From: Botryllus schlosseri
Lineage: Eukaryota
DNA length: 64,000 nt
Direction of reading: 5' to 3'
NCBI GenBank assembly: GCA_051294905.1
Contig: CM119371.1
Coordinates: forward strand, 25,050,001 to 25,114,000
In this document: piece by piece, positions 1 to 15,000 of the stretch
Layout of the letters: the number at the start of each line of letters is the position of its first letter
How positions within the stretch are numbered: the first letter of the stretch is position 1
Notes under the pieces: generated by a model
The model's input: the letters and a program-made list of their open reading frames with translations, nothing else
Database searches by the model: none
What the model was told of the DNA's origin: nothing
Made by a program: the position numbers and the translations under genes

Positions 1-82
1 GGGATATGGACTTTTCTAGCAAATGCAGAGATTTGATGATGGTTGACACATCTGTAGCGAATCATTTTGTTGATTGGTGCAC
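1..82 (+). CDS. GPCR ectodomain exon (partial), ...DMDFSSKCRDLMMVDTSVANHFVDWC
   Basis: Open frame; weak donor GTATTT at 83; phase 2 matches the next exon (AC|G=Thr). Confidence 0.55.
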
Positions 83-3000
83 GTATTTCCACATTTATTC
101 GATATAATCCTTGGAAAAAACGCCTAAACCTAAGAGGTTCTTCGAAAAGGGCACCCCAGGCGACCGTAAACCTCCCCACCTCAAAAGCCATCACTGCCTG
201 TGACCAAACGACAAGTGTGAGCTAACGCAAACGCAGTAAGCCGGCCGATGGTACTGCTTCCACACCATTTACGACAGTACTATGGTGATATTTATTTGAC
301 TTTGTAGCGCAAATCGTCCGTCGAATTCGAATTTAATCGGATGAATTCGATTGAATTAACTGTAGCGGGGATTTCATACTAGAACCAACTAACATGTTTA
401 CAATTGAGTTGAGTGCCCGGCTTTCTATTATCTATTTGATAAGATGCTAGCAGCAATGACTTTCAATGGTGAAAAAAATGCTGTTACAACGCTGATAAAT
501 ATGTATTCTCATGATCTTAAATTCTTGTCACCTCCATGTCGACTCGGAAAATGCCAACAATATTTGATATATGTATTAGATTTGCTAATCACCTGAATAC
601 ATTGGTAACAGTGTAACTCATTTCACACATATTCAATAATAGCGTATATAGCTTTACACTTGCTGGTGCTCTGTAACTCCAAAATGGACAGGCAGCACGA
701 TTATTAGATTAGAAGTCATGTTTTCTCTTATGTTCGTAAGAATGTGACAAGCGTTGATAGACCTGCATGAGTATTAGATCATAGATATTTACGTCCTAAA
801 ATACGGGATATCCGAGCTTTCAATAAAATATGTGTTGCAGTAAATGATAATGCACAAATTGCAATTTACCATAGGTACCCACGTCCACCAGCCATGAATT
901 CATCGCTGCGATTCAGGACTTGCTCTGTGGATTATGACCCAGCAAAACAGAGTGGATCATGTTTAGTCGAGTAAGTGCTAGCTCTATTTGGATACTGAAT
1001 ATCGACGGAATGCATTATCTTGTTTTTGAGCAGTGATTCCCAACTTTGTTTCGACTAATCGTCCCCTTATTAACCCCGTCACAGATCACCCCAGATATAC
1101 GGATTGCAAAAAGAGGACATATAATCACGAAAATTATTCACCAAAGTATGATCGCTCGTGAATTTACTAAAAAAGGTCATATGCAGTGACCGTGAATCTA
1201 TTGACCGTGTAAACTAAGTATACCTGACTGTTCGTTCTAACATTCTCGCCCCGTATCACCCCCAGTCGTCCTCTTTGGTATTTTCGCCCCACCCTTATAC
1301 TCAAATTCGCCCTCTGTGGGGATATCGCCCCCCGTTGAAAATATGGAAAATTTTAGTAGCCTATACGCTATCACCTTTATTTTTCTGAGTCCTCGACACT
1401 TTTTAAAAAGGCTTGAAACAGTGCCATAAAATGTCAAATGTCTGAATCCATCACTCTTGCTACCAACTGTCCTTACCGTCGAATAGACATCTTTTCAGGT
1501 AATTCGGTGTTCGGAAACACGTCGCACACTAATTGCCAAAATATTTGCAGATACACCTGTACCGATGTGCCATATCAGGAGGTGTCAATCATTAGGGACT
1601 GTAAAAATCAGGTAAGTATTCAGTAGCACCGAGACCGATATATATCACTATTCATTGCACTTGAATTTGAATAGGCATAAGCATCTCTTCAAGTATCGTA
1701 TAAAGATATGCGTATAGCGTGTAATAGTATCCCGTGATAAGGATTTCACAAGATGAGTTGTAAGTAATAATATATCACGAGTTTAATAAAGTAGTGAGTA
1801 GTGAGCGTTTCGTAGAACCTGATTTGAAATCTGTTTCAACTGGGGCTTGATATACCCTCAGTGACTCCAAATAGTGTTGAGTATTCGAATAACTCTCATA
1901 TTTATATGCTATAAAATCCGAGTAAAATGATATTTTTAATGAACATAGAAGTCGTATTCAGAGTAGAGCGAAACACATACTGAGTTGAGACGGAGTTTGT
2001 TGATATGCTGTGGTTCTGACTCCAACCAAATGGTTGAGTCATGAATTCAACTAAAAGACATGTTTTGTTGAGGTTTGCGCAAAAATGAAATGTTGGAGAT
2101 AGTAAGGTTAAACAGGTCGACTTCGAAATGTTTGAAAAACATCTTGAATTTGGAGTTGTCGGTCTCGGCAAATTGGTAAACAGTCGTTCGAAATAGAAAT
2201 ACCTGAATTTTACCGAATCTGTCCCAAGGAAGGAATTGAAACCTCGCCAAGAAATCTGTTTTTTTTCCTATGATATAACCACTAAATATGAGATGCTAGA
2301 TATCGAAATGACTATAGGCTGAACGTGATATGTTAGGAAAAGTCATTTTGTGGCTGTAAACCACTAGTCTACACTTACTATTTGCACACGACACTTGACG
2401 GTTGCACGATATTTGAGCTAATTTTGAACGACAATTTTAGGGGGTCCTCGGAGGTCCGTGACGGTAAAAAGGAGGTCCGCGATGACAAAAAGGTTGAGAA
2501 CCACTCGTCTAGAGTCTAGACCACCGAAAATTATATTTTCACTGGAGCAATTTTTTCAGGCCATGGACTTTTTTGAAGTCGTGAGCACTGAGTTTTGGTA
2601 CAGTGTCTTGGATACGGATCGATTCGAGTATCTCATACCCTATTGATTTCAAGGAAATTGTCCACAAATGCAGATTTTTAGTGCAAGTTTGTGACAAATA
2701 AATGTAACTTTCCACGAATTAGATCAAAAACTTGCCCTGGTATAATCGGCCATGTAAAAATAAAACAACGTTATATTTCCTTCGCACATTGGAACTGATA
2801 ATTACCAACATAGTGGTTGTAATACCTTTTGCTTTCCGATGAGGGGATTTTTTCAGATCCGCAACGTATTCTCATACATAATAGCTTAACTAACTAATGT
2901 TGGCTAATGTTGGCTAACTAACTAATGGCAGCAATTCGAAAATTATGTGTTGCTAGTTGAATTGACTTCAGTATATATTTAGGATACCAATTGTACTGAG

Positions 3001-6000
3001 GGAGTTTGTAGAGCCAATTGCAACTGTACCTTTTTCAATTGTGATGGTGCTGTTGGCGGAAAGTACATTCATGGGAAAGCGGTAAGAAATACTTTATTTT
3101 AAGTATGCCCTATACTAAGGGGCATCGTACGGCCGTAGAAGGAGATTTGAATTTACGAATTGACTGTCGAATTACGGACTAAATTATTAATCTTTGCCAG
3201 ATTTAACTAATTTTGAATTTTTCGTCGCGCTAACAGTGATTCCATGCCACTTCATTTTTCGATTTTAATATAGTAGCGTCCTTTGCAAACAGAGCCCTAA
3301 GGTACAGATGCAAAGAGCGGATGAAAATTATGCACCCCATATATATAAACCAACTTAGAATCTTCGGTTCCTCACGATATAAATTTGTTTTTAGTACGTT
3401 TGGGAGATTTCAATATCTTACCACTGTCTATATCGAATATCCTGATGGGAGGTTAAGAAATAATAGCATGTAACAAAACGACCAATAACAATTGTTTCAC
3501 CCGAATATGCATAATCATTTGCAGCTTGCCCTTGACGTTTGGGAGATTTCAATATCTTACATCTGTCTATATCGAATATCCTGATGGGAGGTTAAGAAAT
3601 AATAGCATGTAACAAAACGACTAATAACAATTGTTTCATCCGAATATGCATAATCATTTGTAGCTTGCCCTTGACAACATTCCCTCCATCAACTCTACCA
3701 GTGAATCGGATCACTGCGAAGCGCTATTCCTACCCTGCTCATCTTCCGTTCGCATCTTCGGTTCTCATCGCATCGAAAAACTTTACGCGAAAACTCAGAC
3801 ACTTAAACGCGACTATTTTACGTCATGAGAAGCAGCGTAACATAATCGGGTTAGGTTAGACACCATTTTATCAGTGCTAGGCCGTTGCGGTTCATTTCCG
3901 GTTATCCGCTGTTGCTTTTACTAGTTCTAAATTATTTGGTATTTGGTATTAATCATGTTAAAACCTGATATCATGAAATGTAAAGAAATTGTGCCAGAAT
4001 ATGCAACGCGCATCTACAAACTTTCTAACATCGCCCGATTGCATTCGCGATCACTTTACGAGTCGATGCATAGCATAGCGGAATTGTGAGGGCGCGGCTT
4101 CTTGATCGCTAAGTCGGGGGTTCGATCACCGGTCAACTCAGACCATAGACACCTGATTAGTACCACTGATATCCACAACTTTCCTGCTTGGCGATCATGC
4201 ATTACTGGTAAAGTATGGAGGGGCGGTGCAAGACTACGAACGCCGTAAAAGGCCATGTACCTTCCTTGTCTGGCAGCGTGTGCACAAATCCTGCATCCCC
4301 GGCTGGGTCAGACCAAAGACCTGGTTAGTATCACCGGTATCCGCAACTTCCCAGCTTGACGCCCGTGCATTACAGGGATAGCATGGGGGGTGGTACAAGA
4401 CTCAGAAAGCCATAAAATGTAATATACCTTCGTTGTCCAGCGGCATATGCATGTCATGCATTCACGGTATGCATATCCACTTATCATGTGTATGCATATC
4501 ATGAGTCGGTACATACGCCGCAAAACATCGAGGGCATCAGAAATAAACTACGTCCTTTCCTAAGCATCAGATTTCAACAATGCTATTATGTGCTTATTAT
4601 CAGGTTCAATTCACATAGCAATATCAATGACGGGTTTCTGACTAATTATTCTCCGAGACTGTTAGGTCTATGGCTCCAGCGTGCCAGAAGAAGCAAATAT
4701 TGATTTGATTTCACATCACTACCTGTTTTAGGTATGCGATGAACACAAGGATTGTGCATCTGGAATCGACGAATGCCAGCCGGGCTGCATACGTAGTGCA
4801 TTTTCCGATGAACAGTCATTGATCACAAATAAAGGTGTTCTCGTTGTGGTTTGGATATTTAGTAAGTCACCTCTGAGCGAGCTCAAGGCATCTTCATCGT
4901 ATAGAACAGGGGTGTCAAACTCAAATTGCCTCGCGGGCCGGATTCAAACCACCAAATACCTCGCGGGCCGCAACCTTCAACCGATCCCAAAATGTTACCG
5001 CATGCCATGCCCATCTGTTCACTTGAATACTCTATCATCAAGAAGATATAGATACCAGTACATTAGCCTACATTGTAACAATGTACCACGGATCATAGTG
5101 GTTTTATTCTAGTCTACCAAGTAGCAACACTCCTATTCGAGAACAATGGAATTGGCAAAAATACGATGATCAATCAGTTGAGTACGAACGTCACTGGCGC
5201 TAACGAGGATATAAGTTGGCATATTTCTATTGCTGTAGTCGTAATCAGGCGTTAGCCCGGCGTATGAGGAGTGATGAATACAAAAGATTTAACTGTAAAC
5301 GCGACCGTTGTAATTTGGTTTATTAGTATTTTTAAATCCCGATTCCGGTTTGTATGGAGTCTGAGGACCTTTTGATTAAAAAGTGACACCACAGTGCAAC
5401 AACAAATATTTGAAATATAATTTTGTATCACTAATATATTCTTTATGTAAACTGCATATAACGGTTTCGCTTCTGTTAATGATTGCATTTTTGGTCCATT
5501 TTTCCAACGAAAAAAAACAAACACTAAACTTAGTTTGGATTCTTCGAGTTATCGAAATAGAGTGTTACTGTCACCGACATTTATCCTAGTGGTAACTAGA
5601 GTGAAACCACAACACAACAGTCAGATGATTATAATGAGGCCTTTATCCGTGAGGTCTATAGACAATGGACAATGGACATGCTCGATATCTGCTGTCCTAA
5701 GGGATTATTTAATCAAAATATTTCTTACAACAAACATTTTCACCAATTTGGTGGATAACATAACCATATTTCAATATAATCAGAATTGGTCCGCGGGCCG
5801 GACGAAATGGTCTGGTGGGCCGGATGCGGCCCGTGGGCCGTATGTTTGGCACCCCTGGTATCGAATGATAATTAACCGTATTTTGGAATATATATTGACT
5901 GATCCGTGCATGGTTATACCGGTCGTAGAATTTGTTGCATCGTGTAGACATTTCTGATTTACCTATAGCTTCTTCAGGCCTGGTGCAAAAGACCTTAGTA

Positions 6001-9000
6001 GAGTCGAGCACCATAAAACCCCTTATAGATACATATACATTCATAGACTACATACAATCACCAGTCAAAACAGTTCGTAGCACATAACGGTTTATCGTAA
6101 AATAGTGGTTGATGCACATATAATTAACCACTTTAAACTGAACGGACGAGTACATGGGCGATGTGCAAAGATTCAAACCTCAGGTTCACAGTGCAAGCGT
6201 GAATAACGTCTATGTGATCTTCAGAGCCGCATAATAAACTACAAGTGCATCCGTACATTATCAGGTATTTTCGCAATTGTCGGCTGCACCGTGGTCGTTA
6301 TATCAACTCTGCGTGACTTCGTGAAGACGAACGGGCGTGGTGAAAGCTCTTCGCATTCAAATATCAGCAAAGTGCTTATTCTAAGTCTCTCCGTTTCCGA
6401 TTTACTCGTCGGGGTAACAAATCTTAGATGTGTTTTGTAAGTAATATTTCCCATACATTTTGTGTCCTGATTATAGGTTTACACCATTGCGATATGCATC
6501 AAAGCCGTTGAGGTGGAAGGTCGATATTGCACTATCGATTTAGAATGGAGGACTAGCAGCACTTGTTCCAGTTTGGGTGCTTTGCTGATCATCGGGTCTG
6601 AACAATCCGTTCTGACGATGGTTTTGATTACAGTATACCGGTTACGTGCTGTAATGAGGTAACGTGAGCTGATTTGATGTTGTAACTTTAAGTTTTCGCA
6701 GTTGTTTTATGATGATTCAAAATGCAAGACAAATTGTATGCTTGAGATATACAGCCAAGCGTTTTTGTTTATTTCATCGTGAAATTAAACTATATTGAGA
6801 TGCATAGCCTACGTCAATAGCTCGGAATAAGGATACAAATTTTCGGTCTTGCAAATCTGTTGTTGTATAAATGAAGAATCGCGATATCCAGAATGGCCTG
6901 AAGTCTAAAATTCGTCATTTCATTACTCTGTTGTTCAATGCTGCAAGCAGAATCATGACTTTACCAAACATATGATTTACAAAATCTGCATACGCCGCAG
7001 TTAACGAAAAGGAGAGTACAACTCCATGAAAATTTTTTGCACAGAATAACGGTGTAACTACTAGCTGCATGTTTCGATTCAGAATAAAGTCTTAAGCGTC
7101 TAATCGACGGGAACATGACACTGTCACATATGATGTTGTTGTGCGCGTGTGCGTTTAATATGTAGCTTTCAAGTGATATAAAAACGTGACCAGTTATAAA
7201 TTTATTCATGTGGAAACAAGAACTATTTTATGCCGTTTTTATTTGCATGCGTAGTCCATGATTCATTTTTGGGTGCTGTAATATGGTCATTGGTCAATCA
7301 TCTTCGAGTCAAGGCTCTGAACATAGGAAGAGGTAATTGTCTTTGATATGGGCCGCAGATTAGCGCGTTTGAGTTCTGTTCAACCCTGAAGGACGCTTGC
7401 GCTAGGGGGTGTCAATGGTTACCCAAGTTTAAATTCAACTCTTAAAGTCTCAATTTCTCCGAAAATATATGTCGTAGCGGGCTGCTTTTGGTTTCTATGA
7501 AAAGCCAGCTATCTTCTGCTGTATATGATACCTAAATTGAAGGTATAAGGCATGATAAAATTTTGATTACCGACGATCCTACAAGAGGAATTCACCCAAT
7601 AATACGCATTCCGAAAAAAGTGGTTATTCCTAGATATTTTACGAAGGGGAAATATAGTGAAAAAGAGTCATAAACTGATTTACTATGCGTACAAATGGCT
7701 GGATATGACAAGAGAAAGTTTACCACATTGTTTTATGCCATTAACTGGGCGGTACGGGTCCCATTCGATATTGATCTTGAACTTGATCATTATGACCACT
7801 CACTGACCACGTCAATATGTAAATTGTTCCGGTATTTTTTTATTTTGCGATATCTGGCGAGCCGCGCAGTTTACGGCCACGGTTGACGGCTGGTTCGAAA
7901 CCGGGCAACATTGGCTACGCACTGCGTCATGATTTTTGACACTCTGACGCGATCCTGGCGGTCAGTCTTGAAAAATGAGTGAGAGAAAGAGATTTTTTAG
8001 AAAAAAAAGCTTGTTTATTTAGTTTTATAAAAATCCTAGACAAGTCATGGGGTGTCGATCGAGGGTGGAAACGGTAGAAGGCTACACTCCGCTGACTTTT
8101 AAACTGGAGCAGCTCAGAGTCAAATCTTGTTGAGGTCACTGTATGAATTTGAAAAGTGATGGTCAGTTCTGCAAATAGTTACCCTCGATTAAAGGGGTTA
8201 AAGTGTGCTGACAATTACCATACAGTTGCAATGACCGAGGGAGCAGAAAGATGGTATAATTCATCCTTCTTGCAAGCATATTGCTACGAATTATATTACG
8301 AATAAAGTTAAAATATTCGAACATTGAGGCATTCGATATTACCCGAGCAAAGTTTTGAAAACATTGGTTTATCATGATCTGTACTCAAAACTGAACTGTG
8401 AACACAATGAATTTGTCTCGGACTCTAGTCCCAACGCTATGACTCGGACTCTACACGCCGCTGTCCGACTGGGAAACGGACTTGACTCGGTGGTGAATTG
8501 GAAATAGTTCGAATTGACTCGAGTCAAAACCATGAAATTGACATTGCTTTGTGACTCTAAACCAGGGGTCTCTTTTCATAATTCGTAGAGAACGCAGGCT
8601 GCACGACTTGATTACCGAGATAAAAATAACCAACACAGTTTACCAACCACGTTTTTTACGGTGCGTGTTTATCAACTTCATTTTATTTTGAGCTATGAGC
8701 TGCGCGCGATACCTGACAACACAATGCAGCAACTAAAACTTGGGTGGCCGAACTTTTCGCTATTCATGGCTGCATTCCGATCACCTTTCTAGACTGTGGT
8801 CGCATTCCAATGCATATAGTCGTATTGAGCTAGAGGGGAAATATCCACGTTAAACTGATAATATCGATTGCCAGTAAACCCCGAACTAATCTATGTAGTC
8901 ATATCGCCTTACTATGCGCACCGAAAGCGTAACTATAGCCATGTTATGAGAAGCCACAGGCATTCATTCTGTAGTCCTCGAAACGCGAAAACTTTTCAAT

Positions 9001-12000
9001 ATTCATGATTAAATTTCGTCATATAAGTATAGTTTCATATATTTATATCAAACTTTTATCCTATGCCAGCCCTTGCGATCAGATTCACCGGTAGAGTTGA
9101 TGCGGGTTCAGGGTCTTCGTAAATTAAGGGTAGTTCTTATTGCTGTGATGCCTCTTTCGGTGTGTTAATTGTTAATATTCGCCTTTGTTGGATGCTGTTA
9201 TTTCTTGACCTCCTATTTGGGTAGTCGGTATAGTGAAAAGATATCGTATTTGCCCTAACGCAGGCAGATCTGAAGCTAATTTCCGTCGTCGCGAGTAGAA
9301 CAATATTCCGAATTGGTATTTCTTTGTGAGGCGTATCATTTTGACCATCTGCTGTTTGCATCTGAACTGCGGAACTCAGATTACAAAGGATTCTACTCTA
9401 TTAAAATTGTAAATCAACACGCACTGGGCCGCGCGTAGTGCGAAGAAAATTTGAAGAATAATTCAAACCTCTCATTAATTATTGAGTCAATTCGTAAATT
9501 CAATATCGATATTTACGGCCACCAACACATCCTAATTGAGATAAATGTCGACGGCAACATAATAGGGATGGTGTGAACCCCTGAAAAGCTCAGGCATCGT
9601 CGTAATGAGCTAGGCGCCAAATATCCACGTTAAACCGTTAATATCGATTGCTAACAAACTCCGAACTAGTCAATGTACTCATATCGCCTTACTATGCGAA
9701 CCGAAAGCGTAACTATAGTCATGTTATGAACAGCCACAGGGATTCATTCTGTAGTCCTCGAAACGCGAAAGCGTTTCAATATTCATGATTAAATTTCTTC
9801 ATATAACTATAGTTTCATATATTTCTATCAAACTTTTATCCTATATCAGCCCATGTGATCAGATTCACCGGTATAGTCAATGCGGGGTCGGGGGTCATCG
9901 TAAATTAAGGGTCGTTCTTAATGCTGTGATGAATCTTTCGGTGGGCTAATTGTTATTATTCGCCTTTGCTGCATGCTGTTATTTCTTGACCTCCTATTTG
10001 GGTAGTCGGTATAGTGAAAATATATCGTATGCTATTTGCCCTAACGCAGGCCGATCTGAAACTAATTTCCGTCGTGGCCAGTAGAGCAAGATTACGAATT
10101 CGTATTTCTTTGTGAGGCGTATCATTTTGACCATCTGCTGTTTGCATCTGAACTGCGGAACTCGGATTACAAAGAACTCTACTCTATTAAAATTGTAAAT
10201 CAGCACGCATGGAGCCGCGCGTAATGCGCAGAAAAATTGAAGAATAATTCAAACCTCTCATTAATTATTCAATCAATTCGTAAATTCAATATCCACATCC
10301 TAATTAAGATAAATATCCACGGAAACGTAATAGGAATGGTGTGAACCCCTGAACGGCTCAGGCTCGTATGAGTGCAAACCTTTTTCAAAGGTTTTGTGTG
10401 AACGCGAACGTGAACCTATGGCGTCCAGTGACGTCCCATTGCTAGTTGCAACCCTACAATTCAGTGAAGAGACATACTGAAGCAACCCTACAGTTCAGGT
10501 AACTGATAAGTTAATGTACTGCACACGATACCCAGAGACGACTCTGGCCACTTTATGCTACAATGATGAAGCTGATATTTCAAACATCATCAAATGTATC
10601 ATCTGGAGCAATCAAATGCTAAAATAATCCAATACAATCAATATCTTCCGTTGCTTTGCCAACGCTTTCGACGAGGACTTGCAGGGGAATATAAGCTTAC
10701 GCCTTAACGGTCCGGGCCAGACCGGACAATGTATTCGGTGTCTGACTATTGCTACATTGATACTGAGTGCAGTGTAAACAGGTTTCAATACTTACTACCG
10801 ATATTACCCCAATACCAAGTTAAACAGAAACCAGCACCCCAATCGCACGGTTTCGGGTTTTTTGATGCAAAAAAATATCAAGTTAAGATTGATCTCTTAC
10901 GCCTGCTATATTTTTTACATTAGAAAAAGATCTATTCTTCATATATATTTCATTGATTGGTTGAATAAGCATTGTTCGCGCATTACCTGCATGTAGTGTA
11001 TTTCATTCTTGATTTTTGATTGCATATCAAGTTCACAGCAGAGAGTTACTAAATATTCACGAACAGAAAGCTGAATATTTCGAGCGAACATATGCCACAA
11101 TGCAAGTAAAATTATTTAAGATTTGCAAGGTGCATGCTCCTTCAGTGTTGATTTCTTTTATGTTGCTAGCGCCACGGATAGAGTGGTCCTAGTTGAAGGA
11201 AAGAATTTTACCCAAAGATGTTACAATGGCGTGATATTTTGTAACATGCGAAAAAGGTTCACATTGCAGAACCTACCAAGGTTCGTTTGTGAACGTGAAC
11301 GTCTAAATTTCCGAGGTCCATAACAGAACGCAAACGTGAACGTTCACACCATTCCTACCGCATAACTTTTCTTCTATTACTACCGCAGATTGGCCATCGC
11401 CGAAGTCGTATCACCTAGTGGGGATTGGTAATATTGGGTACGGAAGGCTAGCTTACTTACAGCAACAAAAAAAAATATGTTGAAACTAAAAAAAAAAATC
11501 AGCATTTCAAAATGCATTACCAAACGTTCTTCAGAAGTTTCGAATAAGATCGCAGTCCAGGATGCGTGTTGGTGATTTGTGCTCCAAACCTTGTTATTTG
11601 GTACAGCCTTGCGTCTTCGCTCGTCATTGAATTTCATAGGTTAGATCTCAGGTGTTTTGGTCCTACCATTAAAGGCTTTCATGTTTTCCAGACCATTTTC
11701 CACGCCGACGATGAAGCGAGCGATCATGGTAGTCGCAATTACCTGGATGATGTCCGTACCATTAGGGTTGATACCGATAATTCCTGCCTACGAAGATTAC
11801 TTTCTCAAACATGTTTCGTAAGTCAATTTCTTGGAAATTTTAAACAGAAGGGAGAACACCGGGCAATTTTGAATCTTACTTATGCGCGATAATGGTCAGT
11901 AACGAAATACTTCTACATTTGCGAAATACCAATGTAGCTTTTGTCTACATTCACTGGTTAACCAATTGGATAAGTTTTGAACCACTTCGACTTATACTAA

Positions 12001-15000
12001 ACCGTTTATCGGCAAAAATATATACTGATCGTACTCTGGATTCTGAAATTTAGAAAGTGGTCTTGGGTTTCATATGCGGAACTTTTAGGAGTGAAATTGC
12101 GGCAAAAATGCGGGAATAGATCGGTAATGGCCGTAACTGAATAAATCACCGTATAGGTAACGGATTTGCAGTGCCATTGTTCATTTTGGCCTAGTCGCGA
12201 ATATGTATCTTGTAATTTCAAATCCAGCCGTCTTCCATTACTTGCTAGAAGTGTGCCAGCCCGCTATCCAATCCACTTTTTTTTAAAAACTAGGCCAACT
12301 CACTTAATAATTTTAGACCATTCATATAATCTATATTCACTTCTCTTAATGCAGATGTTACATGTGTTGGAAATCGCGACGTCAACATGTAATCAACTTG
12401 CCATTTTCTGCAGCATTTCTCCTATCATTTGAGTATCGACTCTGATTAATGTAACCGCTTGTTCACTTGTGATTCCTCCGTGGCCTAATGCGTATACCAG
12501 CAATCATATTTTAGGTTGCATACAATTTGCGGTTATGTTTGCAGAGCATTTTACGGTCATTAAACATTTGCTACATATAGTAGGGACGGCAAACCTTTTT
12601 GGTCAAATGTAACGGACGGTTTTCCGAACCATTGCCTGGTCAGTTGAGTGTTAGTGACCTGTTATATCGTTCGATATTGACGAGTCAAATTAGGTAACAG
12701 GGAGTGCAAGACGTATCTTGTACCAAAGTGCCAAATGACCAAAACCGTGGCCATTTACGCCATGAAAAATCTGTGTACATTCATGGCTATAAAGCCGAGT
12801 TAACCGCGAAAATGCTGCGAAGTGAAATTAAGTCAACGATGGCGCCCGGAAATATTAATATCGCGGGTTTCATCTAACACGTATCGGTCATTCATATAAA
12901 TTACTGTGTCCGGGCATGAAGATGGCTACGGCAGAGATGCCAGTCCCCGCGGGCTGCGCGTCACTAGATCGCAGGAGCCGAACACCTCAAGCAATATCAG
13001 GGATATTGCGTGCTTATATATTTGATGCTACTTGTAATTTGACTCAATTCTGTAAAATATGCGTATTTGCCATTTACATATTTCGACAGAGAGAGAGAGA
13101 GAGAGAGAGAGAATTTTTTATTCATCATCGCAAAATACCAAAACAGGCAACAAAATAGCATAAACTTCAGAATCACGGACACATACAAAACAAATGGTTA
13201 CAGTGTCAGTTTCAAAGCAAATGAGATGTGTACGAATACGATTTACAGTTCATAGGATTGGCCAATATGTTTTACGATTGCAAGATGAAGCTGCAGCGAA
13301 GTGATCTGTTGATCATCAAGTCTACTGCAGCTGATCGAAGTAGATTGGCTATAAATTGCATACATCGTACTGCAACAGTGAATTGTAAGATTGACAGGAT
13401 AAATGTAATAGCACTTGTTAGGAAAAAATGGGAGGAAAATAATATAAAGTGTACTGGTCTGAAGCAAACAAGATATGTTGACCGGTACTAGTTCACACTA
13501 AAAATACATTTTAGCTTTTGTATGATTCAATAAGGAAGGCACGATACATGGTTTTAAACCCATATAAAGTATTGCTCCTAATATGCGAAGGAATGGAGTT
13601 CCACATTAGAGGACCTTGATAGGCAATGGTTTTGTGATGGGTCTTAGGTAAATACAGATTCATGACAGAACCTCTTGTAAAATGAGAATGATGTTCACTG
13701 ATAGGTGTAAAGTAGTTCGAGAAAATGTCAGGTAGGGTGTTATTGTAAAACTTATGCATCAGAGTGCCGACTTCAAATCTGTAAATATCATCAATTTTTA
13801 GGATTTTTAAATTATAGTATAAGGGGTTAACGTGATCTCTACGATTGGCAAGGCATATTAGTTTAATGGCTTTATTTTGCAGGCTCCTAACTCGATCCAA
13901 ATGTTTCTCCCATGTGGATCCCCAGAGAATGATACCATAAGTTAGATGAGAGTGAAATAGGGTATGATAAATCAATATTCGTGTGGATTGTTGTAAAATA
14001 AAACGTGACTTTCGAATGATACCTATGGTTTTAGATAGCTTGTTGCAAATAGAGGTTATATGTTCACCCCATGTCAGATTGTTATCAATAACTATACCTA
14101 AATAATGTATGCTTTTCTGTAGAATCAGGCTTTCCCTATTCAGCCTTATATCAAAATTACTATTCGAATTCCTTCCAAAGAGCATACAGTGAGTTTGTGA
14201 GGTATTTATGGTTAATCTATTATTATTCATCCAATCCAATATTTTTCGCAGGTTTGAGTTGCAAGAGGACTCTAAGTCAGTTATATTGTTCGACGACAGC
14301 ATCAGAGATGTGTCATCTGCAAATAATTGGATAGTAAAGTCAGAGGCATTATTTAAGTCATTTATATAGATCAAAAATAAGAAGGGACCTAAAACGGATC
14401 CTTGTGGTACACCCATTTCAACTATTGATTTATCAGATGAAAATTCATTACTTTTGACAAATTGTCTTCTATTGTTCAAGTAAGACTCCAATAGTTTATA
14501 CATCACTCCTCTAAATCCATAGTGATGTAATTTGCCTAGTAGTATAGTTCTATCGACAGTGTCAAATGCCTTTTGCAGATCTAGATAAACACAAATGGTT
14601 GATAGCTTCTTAAACAAGCTCTTATAGATGTTATCAACACTGTCAATTACAGCATGCAAGGTTGAGTGGTTTTCTCTAAACCCAAACTGGTTTTTAGATA
14701 ATATATTAAATTCATCTGTGAAGTTGGTTAATCTAATAAGCATTAATTTTTCTAAAATTTTAGAAAAGACTGGTAATATTGATATTGGTCTATAGTTGGA
14801 TAACTTGAGTGGATCTCCTTTTTTGAAAACTGGAGTCACACGTGCTACTTTGAGACAATCAGGAAAGATCCCAAGTTCGAAACATTTGTTAATCAATACA
14901 GTGAGGGTTGGCGCTGTTATGGATATGGTTTCCTTCAAAATATTAACAGGAACACCATCAGTCCCTGTTGCCGAGTTTTTTTTTTAGATTGTGCACAATT

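Noticed and set aside
7380..8200. piggyBac-like element ending GGGGTTAA
   Set aside because: A matching left TIR/TTAA could not be identified with confidence.
9137..10206. Twin ORFs MQTADGQNDTPHKE... as a duplicated gene
   Set aside because: They are a by-product of the tandem duplication; the frames diverge after an indel and there are no protein motifs.
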